Part shown: positions 7,826-15,423 of the stretch, piece by piece
How the letters are laid out: every line of letters begins with the position of its first letter
How positions within the stretch are numbered: the first letter of the stretch is position 1
Origin: a virus
Lineage: Duplodnaviria > Caudoviricetes
Strand: one strand, 5' to 3'
Length of the DNA stretch: 41,751 bases
IMG/VR virus record: IMGVR_UViG_3300011335_000584
Span: 1 to 41,751 of that record
The notes under the pieces: model-generated
Told to the model about the DNA's origin: nothing
The model's database searches: none
The model's input: only the letters and a program-made list of their open reading frames with translations
Translations under genes and position numbers: made by a program

Positions 7826-8522
7826 GTAAATACTCCCTCATCATAGCCATACCATCTACACGCCCACTATTTTTCAGTTGTACGATATTTGCGTTCGGCT
7901 TGGTTATCCCCGACCTACTCGTTGTCTTGAACGTCATAAACCAATCTTTCTTTTTATTCTTCAACCCCCTTGCTGGTGATGTCCAGTAATCACGAAAATT
8001 TGTAAATGCAGAATATGCTTGCTCCTTACTCCATTTCATTTCTAGTTTGCAAAAGTCTTTCCATTCGTCTGGCAGTGTCGTGTAGGGCAATTCTATTTCA
8101 GGTGCAGTTGTTCGTTTTGGCTTTTGCTGTTCTGCAAGTGCTGTGTACAAATCTGCAACATCAATATTTTTATTATCTGCCTCTTTACTATATGCCTCTG
8201 TCTCTGTCTCTAGCATAGCACTTTGCTTGCAACCTGCTAGCATGCCGCTATCATCAACTAAATATCCTTTATCTATCAACTCCTTAAGGCAAAACTCTCC
8301 TTTAACTCCTATCTGGTTTTTGATAAATTCCTCATCGGCTGGAATCTTATTATCCATTTGCGAAGCTAGTAACCAGATAAGCATTAGTTGCAACTTGCTA
8401 GCATCTTGCAAGCATTGAAAATTATAATCCCTTAATAAGTCTCTACTTAATTTTATCCAAGGCGGATTGCGGTCTTTATAGTGTTGGAATTGCTCCCAAT
8501 CTTTAACTTTTAAGTATTTCAT
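7815..8522 (-). CDS. Phage replication initiator (replisome-organizer/O-like)
   Basis: W..FQHYKDRNPPWIKL N-terminus, ETETE linker, C-terminal F.DYW...KKDW..T motif; internal iterons; adjacent helicase. Confidence 0.82.
   Translation of the reverse strand: MKYLKVKDWEQFQHYKDRNPPWIKLSRDLLRDYNFQCLQDASKLQLMLIWLLASQMDNKIPADEEFIKNQIGVKGEFCLKELIDKGYLVDDSGMLAGCKQSAMLETETEAYSKEADNKNIDVADLYTALAEQQKPKRTTAPEIELPYTTLPDEWKDFCKLEMKWSKEQAYSAFTNFRDYWTSPARGLKNKKKDWFMTFKTTSRSGITKPNANIVQLKNSGRVDGMAMMREYLHGK
8160..8414. other. Putative replication origin (iterons plus AT-rich tract) inside the initiator gene
   Basis: TGCTAGCA-like octamers at 8213, 8224, 8235, 8246 and 8385, 8396, 8407 (11-bp phasing), next to CTCTGT repeats and an AT-rich tract. 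Confidence 0.65.
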
Positions 8523-8623
8523 TCGTCACCCCCAAAATCAGGGATAATTTCAGAAATATGCTTCCAAGTTTCTATTTCGTGATTGTCGTTTGCTGGTGTG
8601 GCGTATAGCCAGAATTGATACAT
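8519..8623 (-). CDS. 34-aa leader peptide translationally coupled to the initiator
   Basis: TAGGAG RBS; MYQFWLYATPANDNHEIETWKHISEIIPDFGGDE; its TGA overlaps the initiator ATG (ATGA). Confidence 0.65.
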   Translation of the reverse strand: MYQFWLYATPANDNHEIETWKHISEIIPDFGGDE

Positions 8624-8674
8624 TCGCTTATCTCCTACATGATATAAATTTTACAGCATTTTACCTTTAAATTA

Positions 8675-8742
8675 GGTACGGCGAGGGGAGCTGTAGGAGA
8701 ACCCCTCTGTTCATTTGGGTAATTATGCCAAACTAGCCGATT
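8675..8742 (-). ncRNA. C4-like antisense/regulatory RNA (three-way junction)
   Basis: CGGC/GCCG closing stem, TTTGG/CCAAA and GAGGGG/CCCCTC arms; loop TCTCCTACA is complementary to TGTAGGAGA at 8639..8631. Confidence 0.6.
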
Positions 8743-8755
8743 TTTATTTCAACCC

Positions 8756-8783
8756 ATAGTACAACATTATTTGTGAAGTTCAA
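8756..8783 (-). promoter_or_regulatory. Promoter for antisense RNA/replication operon
   Basis: TTGAAC-16 nt-TACTAT just upstream of the structured element. Confidence 0.5.
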
Positions 8784-8964
8784 GGATTATTTTGTGTAAT
8801 TTATTATTGTAATTTATTTAATTTATTACAACATTAATTACATCACTTCCAACAATGAAATTAACGCATTTGTCATTGGGGTTTACATGGGTAGGTAAAA
8901 ACCCCAATGCACGATTAAACTTGTCGTTTTACGATTTTTGTTGTCGTAAATACCTTATGTAGCA

Positions 8965-9363
8965 CTAGATACGCTCACCTAAACCATCTAAACTTAATTT
9001 CTGCAACTCCCAAGAGCCTACAATCTGCTTTTCTAAACGTGCCATGATAATTTGCAACTTTACTTCATCAGGGTGTTCTAAACGGCTTTCTACATACTTA
9101 ACTGCGTATTGCGTTCGTTGTTTTAACCGCCCTTTTTTGCTGTAAAACTCATCTATAGCTTTTTGAGTGTGTCCAGCCAGCTTCTTCATAAAATACATAG
9201 CTATATATCTAGGTATAATATTGGGCTTAATATCCTCTGTTTGCAAGGATTCGCTTGTTATGTCAAAATGCTCTGATACTATGCGGTTAATGTGAGTTAG
9301 TCTCGTTCTGTGGTCTCCTGCTCTGGTAGCAACTCCGTTTGTAAGGCTCTCACAAGCTCCCAA
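8965..9363 (-). CDS. DnaA C-terminal (domain IV)-like HTH protein; start uncertain
   Basis: I..IVSEHFDIT...L......PRYIAMYFMKKL....KAI...Y resembles Bac_DnaA_C. Confidence 0.65.
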   Translation of the reverse strand: MGACESLTNGVATRAGDHRTRLTHINRIVSEHFDITSESLQTEDIKPNIIPRYIAMYFMKKLAGHTQKAIDEFYSKKGRLKQRTQYAVKYVESRLEHPDEVKLQIIMARLEKQIVGSWELQKLSLDGLGERI

Positions 9364-9662
9364 TTCCGTTTCTGCATAAATAACCTCTCTTCATGTAACG
9401 CTTTTATTTTTACGTTTATCAATCCATTTCTCATAGTTCTATATTCATCATAAGAAATAATACGAAGATTTGCATAATCATCCAAAACAGATGCGTTGAT
9501 ACTTGATTTTACTGAATAATGAAAAGCCACTTGCGTTTGTTTGTCAAAAACTCGGACACTTCCTTTGTCTGTAACTGCTGTTATTGTGGTGGCAGTGTCC
9601 TCTGTGACGCTCAACCTCTTAACTCTTAATGTTTTGCCAACTCTTGCATATATATATTTCAT
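9297..9662 (-). CDS. Hypothetical protein, MKYxY paralog 3
   Basis: MKYIY start, IISYDEY, LPEQETTE end. Confidence 0.75.
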   Translation of the reverse strand: MKYIYARVGKTLRVKRLSVTEDTATTITAVTDKGSVRVFDKQTQVAFHYSVKSSINASVLDDYANLRIISYDEYRTMRNGLINVKIKALHEERLFMQKRNWELVRALQTELLPEQETTERD

Positions 9663-9970
9663 TCTGTGACCTCCTGCTCTGGTAATATTGAGTCTTTAAG
9701 GCTTTTTATACAATCCTCGTGATAACTTATTTTCAGTTCAATATCCTGATTTAGTAGATAACGATAGTTTTCATAAGGTACTATTTGCTTCCCGAAATCG
9801 TTCTTATAACTTGTCTCTGATTTTCGTTTTTTTGAGAATTTGGCATTGCAAACGTTATTTTTAGCGTAGATATATTTGATAGTTTCTCTAATTACTAACA
9901 TTTTAGAAAACGCAAAACTAGCCTCTCCTTTTTTATTTTTCAACCGCTCTATTGTGTATATATATTTCAT
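9659..9970 (-). CDS. Hypothetical protein, MKYxY paralog 2
   Basis: ATG 9970 in ATGA overlap; MKYIY...IVPYENY...LPEQEVTE. Confidence 0.75.
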   Translation of the reverse strand: MKYIYTIERLKNKKGEASFAFSKMLVIRETIKYIYAKNNVCNAKFSKKRKSETSYKNDFGKQIVPYENYRYLLNQDIELKISYHEDCIKSLKDSILPEQEVTE

Positions 9971-10290
9971 TCTGTAACCTCGTCCATTGGTAATTTTTCT
10001 GCTTTTAAGCCTTCTTTTGCCTTCCAATATTCCCCGCCAATCGCTAAATACATTTGGTGTAACGCCTCTAACTTTTTTTCTATTATTCCGTTTACTATAG
10101 CTACATATTCTTGGTATGATATTATTTCAAAATTTCCATGCAAAGCAGAAATTATAAACTGTGGCGACTGTCTTGATATTGGAATTGTCACGCCATCAGC
10201 CTCGATAACGTAACAATATTGGTCTTCGCTAATAATCTCATGCCTTGCCACATCAAGCGTATTGCGATTTTTAACATAAACGTATTTCAT
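9967..10290 (-). CDS. Hypothetical protein, MKYxY paralog 1
   Basis: GAGGAG RBS, TAATG overlap; MKYVY...IISYQEY...LPMDEVTE. Confidence 0.75.
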   Translation of the reverse strand: MKYVYVKNRNTLDVARHEIISEDQYCYVIEADGVTIPISRQSPQFIISALHGNFEIISYQEYVAIVNGIIEKKLEALHQMYLAIGGEYWKAKEGLKAEKLPMDEVTE

Positions 10291-10535
10291 TATTTTAACT
10301 CCTCTGGTATTTTTACCCAACCATCTACAAGCATTTCTTCCTCTGATAATTCTGGTAGATTATCAAGATTAAGAACGCCTCTAAGCTTCAACTCTACGTC
10401 TGGCGGAACTTCAACGCCCCCTACAGTCATTTTTATTGATTTAGTAGACGCAGTGCCGTGCATATTAACTATTACACCTTTACTATTTTTTGCAAAAACT
10501 CCTTCGTGGATAATTATATCTTTCTCATCAATCAT
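10290..10535 (-). CDS. Hypothetical protein
   Basis: TAATG coupling at both ends, GAGGAG RBS. Confidence 0.7.
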   Translation of the reverse strand: MIDEKDIIIHEGVFAKNSKGVIVNMHGTASTKSIKMTVGGVEVPPDVELKLRGVLNLDNLPELSEEEMLVDGWVKIPEELK

Positions 10536-10921
10536 TATTTTAACTCCTCATCTTTTGTAAATATTCTTACTGTTATAAAAATAACACCGCCCTCTACTTT
10601 ATCGCACATTTCTATTGTATGACTAAAGATTTTATCATTCACGCCAAGAGCGTCTGCAATGCCATCAAATGCAGATTTTAAAGCAGCGTGGCAGTTGTCT
10701 TCGTCTCTTTCTCCGCCCCTGCCAGTTGGTGGGTAAAACACCGTGTGGATAACGCACTTAAATATATTTTTAGGAAGCTTTTTACCGTTTAAAGCCTCCA
10801 TCGTTAATACCTTAGCCGACCATCTTTGTAATTTAGCTTGCCTTGCCTTCGACCACTTCTCTTTATTGTTTGGCAGTAAAGCAGGGTGCGACCACGGTAG
10901 TTGCATTGTTATGTCTGCCAT
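10535..10921 (-). CDS. rusA: RusA-like Holliday junction resolvase
   Basis: LPW...L.PN, FYPP, RDEDN...LKS.FDGIADALGVND catalytic pattern. Confidence 0.8.
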   Translation of the reverse strand: MADITMQLPWSHPALLPNNKEKWSKARQAKLQRWSAKVLTMEALNGKKLPKNIFKCVIHTVFYPPTGRGGERDEDNCHAALKSAFDGIADALGVNDKIFSHTIEMCDKVEGGVIFITVRIFTKDEELK

Positions 10922-11042
10922 TATTTCCCCTCCTTACAATTATCCACTTCCACTACTTGAATATTATCAAGTTCCATTAAAACATCGTATAAATCTGGCT
11001 CTCCCCAGAAAAACAAAAAGCATAAAAATATGACTACTTCCA

Positions 11043-11258
11043 TTATTTCCCCCCCACTCTGTATTTATGATTCCAACACAGAAAATTACCCTTCAGCGAT
11101 ACCTTATCTCTCTTTGAGAGCTTTAAAACGTTCTGAGCCTGTTTTATATCGCTTTCTTTTATAGAAGTGCCAAAGCAAGCCACAGCATCGCAATCGAGCA
11201 CATCGCAAGCTTTTATAATGATAAACTTGTCGTTCATCTTAGTCATTTTTGCTGGCAT
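11043..11258 (-). CDS. Hypothetical protein
   Basis: GAGGAG RBS, TAATG coupling. Confidence 0.65.
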   Translation of the reverse strand: MPAKMTKMNDKFIIIKACDVLDCDAVACFGTSIKESDIKQAQNVLKLSKRDKVSLKGNFLCWNHKYRVGGK

Positions 11259-11464
11259 TATTTATTCTCCTCTTTTATTTCCGTTAAAACTTTTACTATC
11301 TTAGCTACTGTGGAAGGTTTTAACTTCTTTGGTTCATACATATAAGTGTTAAAGCTCCCTTCCGATACGCCAGCCCTGCGAAAAACATCACGTTGCGACA
11401 AACCAGCACGCTTATATATAGCAATTGCTTCTAAGCCTTTTTTGTGCAGTTTTCTTAATTCCAT
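11258..11464 (-). CDS. Cro-like HTH protein (68 aa)
   Basis: AAGGAGG RBS before ATG 11464; GLSQRDVFRRAGVSEGSFN...P...TV.KI; first gene after the leftward promoter. Confidence 0.75.
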   Translation of the reverse strand: MELRKLHKKGLEAIAIYKRAGLSQRDVFRRAGVSEGSFNTYMYEPKKLKPSTVAKIVKVLTEIKEENK

Positions 11465-11488
11465 ATAGTCCTCCTTATTGTTGGCGTT

Positions 11489-11517
11489 ATAATAATGCAA
11501 TATATATACAGCGTCAA
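11489..11517 (-). promoter_or_regulatory. Leftward sigma70 promoter
   Basis: TTGACG-17 nt-TATTAT. Confidence 0.75.
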
Positions 11518-11567
11518 TCTTTTTAATGATAACTTCAAATATATTTAAAGAAAACTATAAATAATAG

Positions 11568-11596
11568 TTGACAGTGTTGTGGCTGGTGTGTATTCT
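11568..11596 (+). promoter_or_regulatory. Rightward sigma70 promoter
   Basis: TTGACA-17 nt-TATTCT. Confidence 0.75.
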
Positions 11597-11629
11597 CGGG
11601 GTACGGAAAATAAATAAAGGGGTAAGGTT

Positions 11630-11971
11630 ATGGTTACATTTAATGATTTAAAATCAGAATATCATTATACTAATGTATGGCTGGAAAATGGTGAGGAATA
11701 TCAAACAGAAACGAAAGTTTGTCGCACGATGGAAGAGGCGGAAGCTGATTATTTTCAGAACTTAGGTGTGTTTGATTACTCGCATACTAAAGTTTATGAG
11801 GTAATAAGCCTATTCGCTCAAGAGCTTTCAGGTAGGAAAAATGGAGGGCAGAGATGGGCTTGGTATAGTGAAGTTAGTATAAAAGACATAGTTGAGAAAG
11901 AAAATAAGCCTGACTCATTCAATGAAAGCGACTCTGATTTAAAACGTGAGGAAGAGGCTGGGATATGTTAA
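11630..11971 (+). CDS. Acidic hypothetical protein
   Basis: AAAGGGGT RBS; first gene of the rightward operon. Confidence 0.75.
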   Translation: MVTFNDLKSEYHYTNVWLENGEEYQTETKVCRTMEEAEADYFQNLGVFDYSHTKVYEVISLFAQELSGRKNGGQRWAWYSEVSIKDIVEKENKPDSFNESDSDLKREEEAGIC

Positions 11972-12100
11972 GCTCTGCATTAAAAGTTATTGATGGGAAG
12001 ATAAAAACTCAAACTGGCATGGTAGAGCAGATAGAAAAGCTTCTCAAAACCAAAGCTAAAAAACTTGATAATTCAATGAAAACAAAAATGGAGTTAGAAA

Positions 12101-12529
12101 ATGGAAATAGATAAAGATAGGGTAGTGGAATGTGCAAGGGCTTACGTTGGGTGTATTCTTGATAAGCAAGTTACATGTGCTAGTTTGAAAGAAAAAGAGC
12201 GGCTTTTCCTGCAATTAAGAGACGCTCTAAACCCACCGCCAGCACGCCCTTCTAAAGACGAGTGTGCTGTGTGGCTCGTTAAGTTTGTAACGGGTCACTC
12301 AAGCATGACGAAGCCAGAAGACCCTTTTTTAGCACCAACAATAGAATACCTAAAAGAGCCTAGCCTTCAGTGGGTGAAAAATACAGGAGTTGCACCAGAA
12401 TGTAAAACAGTGCTGGTATCGCTTAAAAGTGGCAAGTTTGGATTAGGCGAAAGAGCTGATTTTAACTTCCTGTTTGAAAACATCTTTGACGTTAATAATT
12501 TTGTAGAACTATACATAATACTAGAATGA
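12101..12529 (+). CDS. Hypothetical protein
   Basis: GGAG RBS, 142-aa ORF. Confidence 0.75.
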   Translation: MEIDKDRVVECARAYVGCILDKQVTCASLKEKERLFLQLRDALNPPPARPSKDECAVWLVKFVTGHSSMTKPEDPFLAPTIEYLKEPSLQWVKNTGVAPECKTVLVSLKSGKFGLGERADFNFLFENIFDVNNFVELYIILE

Positions 12530-12583
12530 ACAAATACAGTGCTGAAAGTGATTATGATGAAGATGCGGATTTAAACTTATATT

Positions 12584-13330
12584 ATGGGGAAGAAGGTGGA
12601 GGAAAGTGATTATATTATAAAACGCTTAGCAGAGCCGTGGGATAGGAAGTTGATTAAATGGCGAGTGGGAAGTGTTAATAAAGCTAAGGATAAAACTATA
12701 CCACTAGCTTATGTAGATGCTCGTATTGTTATGGATAAGCTTGATTCCATTATTGGTGCGATTAACTGGCAAGATAAATATGAATTTGATGGTAAGCGAG
12801 TTATTTGCTACTTATCTTTGCGTTTAAATGGCGAGTGGATAACTAAAGCTGATGGGGCTGGTGATTCTAATATAGAGGGGGAAAAAGGAGGGCTTTCAGA
12901 CGCTTTTAAGAGAGCTTCCGTTAAATGGGGGTTGGGCAGAGAGTTGTACGACTTAAAAGCTAAGTGGATGCCTATTGACGAGTATGGAAAACTTGTTGGC
13001 GACCCTTGGAATTATCTTATAAAGAAAATTGAAGAAACGAAAGTTGATGAAAAGCCTTCAATAGAAAATTTAGAGGAGGTAAAGCTTAAAGCAGAACCAA
13101 CTCCTGAACAAAAATTAAAAGCGGCAACTGATTTTACTGATGCTTATATGAAAAAGCTTCTTGATGTAAAAGACCAGAGGGATTTGGATAATCTTAATTA
13201 CTCAATGATAGGCAAAACTACATACGAATCTAGGTTAAAGTGTTTAAAAGAGGTGCAACCTAATCTACACAAAAAGATTGAGGAAAAAATAACTGAAATA
13301 ACTAAACAATGGCTAGAAGGAGCTAAATAA
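12584..13330 (+). CDS. Rad52/22-family single-strand annealing protein (Sak-like)
   Basis: LAYVDAR.VMDKLD...NWQ..Y...K.DGAG....EGEKGGLSDAFKRA.VKWG.GR.LY. Confidence 0.88.
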   Translation: MGKKVEESDYIIKRLAEPWDRKLIKWRVGSVNKAKDKTIPLAYVDARIVMDKLDSIIGAINWQDKYEFDGKRVICYLSLRLNGEWITKADGAGDSNIEGEKGGLSDAFKRASVKWGLGRELYDLKAKWMPIDEYGKLVGDPWNYLIKKIEETKVDEKPSIENLEEVKLKAEPTPEQKLKAATDFTDAYMKKLLDVKDQRDLDNLNYSMIGKTTYESRLKCLKEVQPNLHKKIEEKITEITKQWLEGAK

Positions 13331-14280
13331 TGACTGATTTAATAATACCTAATGATTTAACTGTTGCTATCTTCTTTGAGAAGGACGAAAGCGGCAAGTT
13401 AAAAGTTGAAACTGCTGTTGAGCAAGTGAGTTTAAAAACAAAGGCTTTTATTGCTGAATATAAAGGCGATATAAAGCATAAAAAAACACAAGACGCTATA
13501 CGCTCTTTTGCTGCAAAGGTGGCAAGTTCTAAAACTGCGATTGATAAATTGCGAAAAGAAGCTAATGGGGATTTGAATAAACAAGTAAAGGAAACTAACG
13601 CTATAGGTAATAAAGCTATTGCTGATTTGCAGGAGCTTCAAGACACTGTAAGACAGCCACTTACTGATTTTGAAAATGAAGAAAAAGCAAGGGTGCAAAA
13701 CAATAATAACGCATTGGAACGCATAAAGGCTACCGCTGAAAAATATCTTATAAACTGGCAAACCGCTCCAATCTTGGAGATGGAGGAGGCTTTACTAACC
13801 CTTCGTAATATGGACGATGGCACTTGGGAGGAGTTTAACGATACGGCTGTAAAGGCTATCGATAGTGCGGTAGAAACTATTGGTGGGCTTATTGATAAAC
13901 GTAGGGTTTATGACAAAGACCAAGCAGACCTTGCAGAATTAAGAGCAAGGCAAGCGGAAGCTGATAAAAAAGCTTATGAGGAAAAGTTAAAAGCCGGAGG
14001 TGCGGAAGCTGAAAGAAAAAGGATTGAGCAAGAAAAACTTGTAGCTTCTACTCCTGTTGTTGAAACGCCTAAGATTGATTATGCAAGTAGAATTATACCA
14101 AAGTCACTGCCAGTCAATGAGGCTTCTATTGTTTGTGAGAATATGCAAAAATATGGAGGCTCTTTTGTTCAAGCTTTAGGTGTAGCTTTGTCAAAAGCTG
14201 ATGATTTTAACGTCACTAGAATTAAAAATGCTTTTCCTGATTATTGGGAGCAATATTTAAACTTTACAAAAAAAGGATAG
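13330..14280 (+). CDS. Coiled-coil phage protein of the recombination module
   Basis: IRSFAAKVASSKTAID...L..LQD.VRQPLTDFE; long heptad-rich helices; sits between Sak and SSB-like genes. Confidence 0.75.
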   Translation: MTDLIIPNDLTVAIFFEKDESGKLKVETAVEQVSLKTKAFIAEYKGDIKHKKTQDAIRSFAAKVASSKTAIDKLRKEANGDLNKQVKETNAIGNKAIADLQELQDTVRQPLTDFENEEKARVQNNNNALERIKATAEKYLINWQTAPILEMEEALLTLRNMDDGTWEEFNDTAVKAIDSAVETIGGLIDKRRVYDKDQADLAELRARQAEADKKAYEEKLKAGGAEAERKRIEQEKLVASTPVVETPKIDYASRIIPKSLPVNEASIVCENMQKYGGSFVQALGVALSKADDFNVTRIKNAFPDYWEQYLNFTKKG

Positions 14281-14284
14281 TAAA

Positions 14285-14563
14285 ATGGGTAAAATATACG
14301 ATTTAGTAGTTAAAGTTGGCGAGTACCAAAAAGACGGACAAGCCAAAGCAAAGAATAAAAATATCGGCATTGTTATGCAGAATGACAAAGGCATGTATAT
14401 AATTATGGACAGGACATTTAACCCTGCTGGTGTGCCTAATCCTGATAATAAAGAGAGTTTATTTATATCTATGTATGAGGCGAAAAGCGATGCAGCCAAA
14501 CACACTGTAGATAAAGGTAATGCGTATCAGGAAGATTTGGACGACGAAATTCCCCCATTTTAA
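14285..14563 (+). CDS. Small ssDNA-binding-like protein
   Basis: Beta-rich core and acidic C-terminal tip EDLDDEIPPF; recombination-module position. Confidence 0.65.
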   Translation: MGKIYDLVVKVGEYQKDGQAKAKNKNIGIVMQNDKGMYIIMDRTFNPAGVPNPDNKESLFISMYEAKSDAAKHTVDKGNAYQEDLDDEIPPF

Positions 14564-14566
14564 TTA

Positions 14567-14599
14567 AGTCGCACAAGGGCGACTATAAATAAGCCTTGT
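14567..14599 (+). ncRNA. Compact H-type pseudoknot
   Basis: AGTCGC/GCGACT stem; loop ACAAGG is complementary to CCTTGT after linker ATAAATAAG. Confidence 0.6.
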
Positions 14600-14635
14600 A
14601 TAGTGTAACTAATTTTAACAATAAAGGAAAATACA

Positions 14636-14878
14636 ATGGAGATAGAAGACGTAGTGCGTAAATTAGTTGGAGACACTTATCCAATAGGCGAAACATCCCA
14701 TGACGAAAAATGCCTTGAAAACCTAAAAGTTTTAACAGGCGTGATAGATACGCTGTTACAGGATGTTGCGGATATTCGCAAGTTAGCACATAGGAGAGAA
14801 TTTAGTATAGGAGAGTGCTGGAGACGGGCGGATAGTTTTATTGAGCATGTTAAAAAAGAATATATAAAACCAGAATAA
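14636..14878 (+). CDS. Hypothetical phage protein
   Basis: AAAGGA RBS; KLVG...PIGET..D...LENLK motif. Confidence 0.75.
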   Translation: MEIEDVVRKLVGDTYPIGETSHDEKCLENLKVLTGVIDTLLQDVADIRKLAHRREFSIGECWRRADSFIEHVKKEYIKPE

Positions 14879-14972
14879 GAATACCCGAAAGGGTAAAGAG
14901 TTACGGCACGTCACACTAAGGTGGTATGTAAATAAGGTTAGGGCGTTAAGTAAGACGTGCAAGCCCTAGCCG
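14877..14972 (+). ncRNA. Structured RNA element with GAAA hairpin and pseudoknot
   Basis: TACCC-GAAA-GGGTA; GCACGTC/GACGTGC crossing GGTTAGGGC/GCCCTAGCC. Confidence 0.55.
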
Positions 14973-14973
14973 A

Positions 14974-15113
14974 AAGAATCCCCTTCGGGGGTGTGGGTGG
15001 TGCGGTGTTGAAAGTAGAAACACAGGCGAGAAAAGATAAGGTGTGACTAGCTAGCCTTTGAAGCCTCCTAGTTGAGCAAGAGTAACGCCTTGCCACCACC
15101 CACTAATTTAACA
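14974..15113 (+). ncRNA. tRNA-like RNA cassette 1
   Basis: CCCC-TTCG-GGGG hairpin; 10-bp GTGGGTGGTG/CACCACCCAC stem enclosing D-like (GTGTT/AACAC) and T-like (GCAAG-AGTAACGC-CTTGC) arms. Confidence 0.6.
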
Positions 15114-15123
15114 GGAGAAGAAA

Positions 15124-15423
15124 ATGAGTATAGAATCAGTTTATAAAAAATGCCTTAAGAACATTGGTGAGACTGAAAGCCCAAAGCTACTTTTAGATAT
15201 AGAGAAGAACAAAAGGCGATTTGAGAAGTGTGCTTATACATACTGGAATGAGTCACAAAGTATGGCGATGATTAATATGCTTGCTGGCTCTGGCAAGTAT
15301 ATAGGCATGACTCCAACACAGGTAAAACACGCTGTTTACGAGCAAGAGAAAGAAGAGACTACGCATAGATATTTAAAAATGTTGTGTGACTTGTTTGATT
15401 ATAAAGCTGGTGAAGGTAAATGA
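15124..15423 (+). CDS. Hypothetical protein
   Basis: AGGAG RBS. Confidence 0.75.
   Translation: MSIESVYKKCLKNIGETESPKLLLDIEKNKRRFEKCAYTYWNESQSMAMINMLAGSGKYIGMTPTQVKHAVYEQEKEETTHRYLKMLCDLFDYKAGEGK

Noticed and set aside
14906-14971. Pistol or twister-sister ribozyme
   Set aside because: Resembles pistol P1/loop/AAAUA linker and has a GTGCAAG segment, but the P2/P3 catalytic arrangement and required stems are absent.
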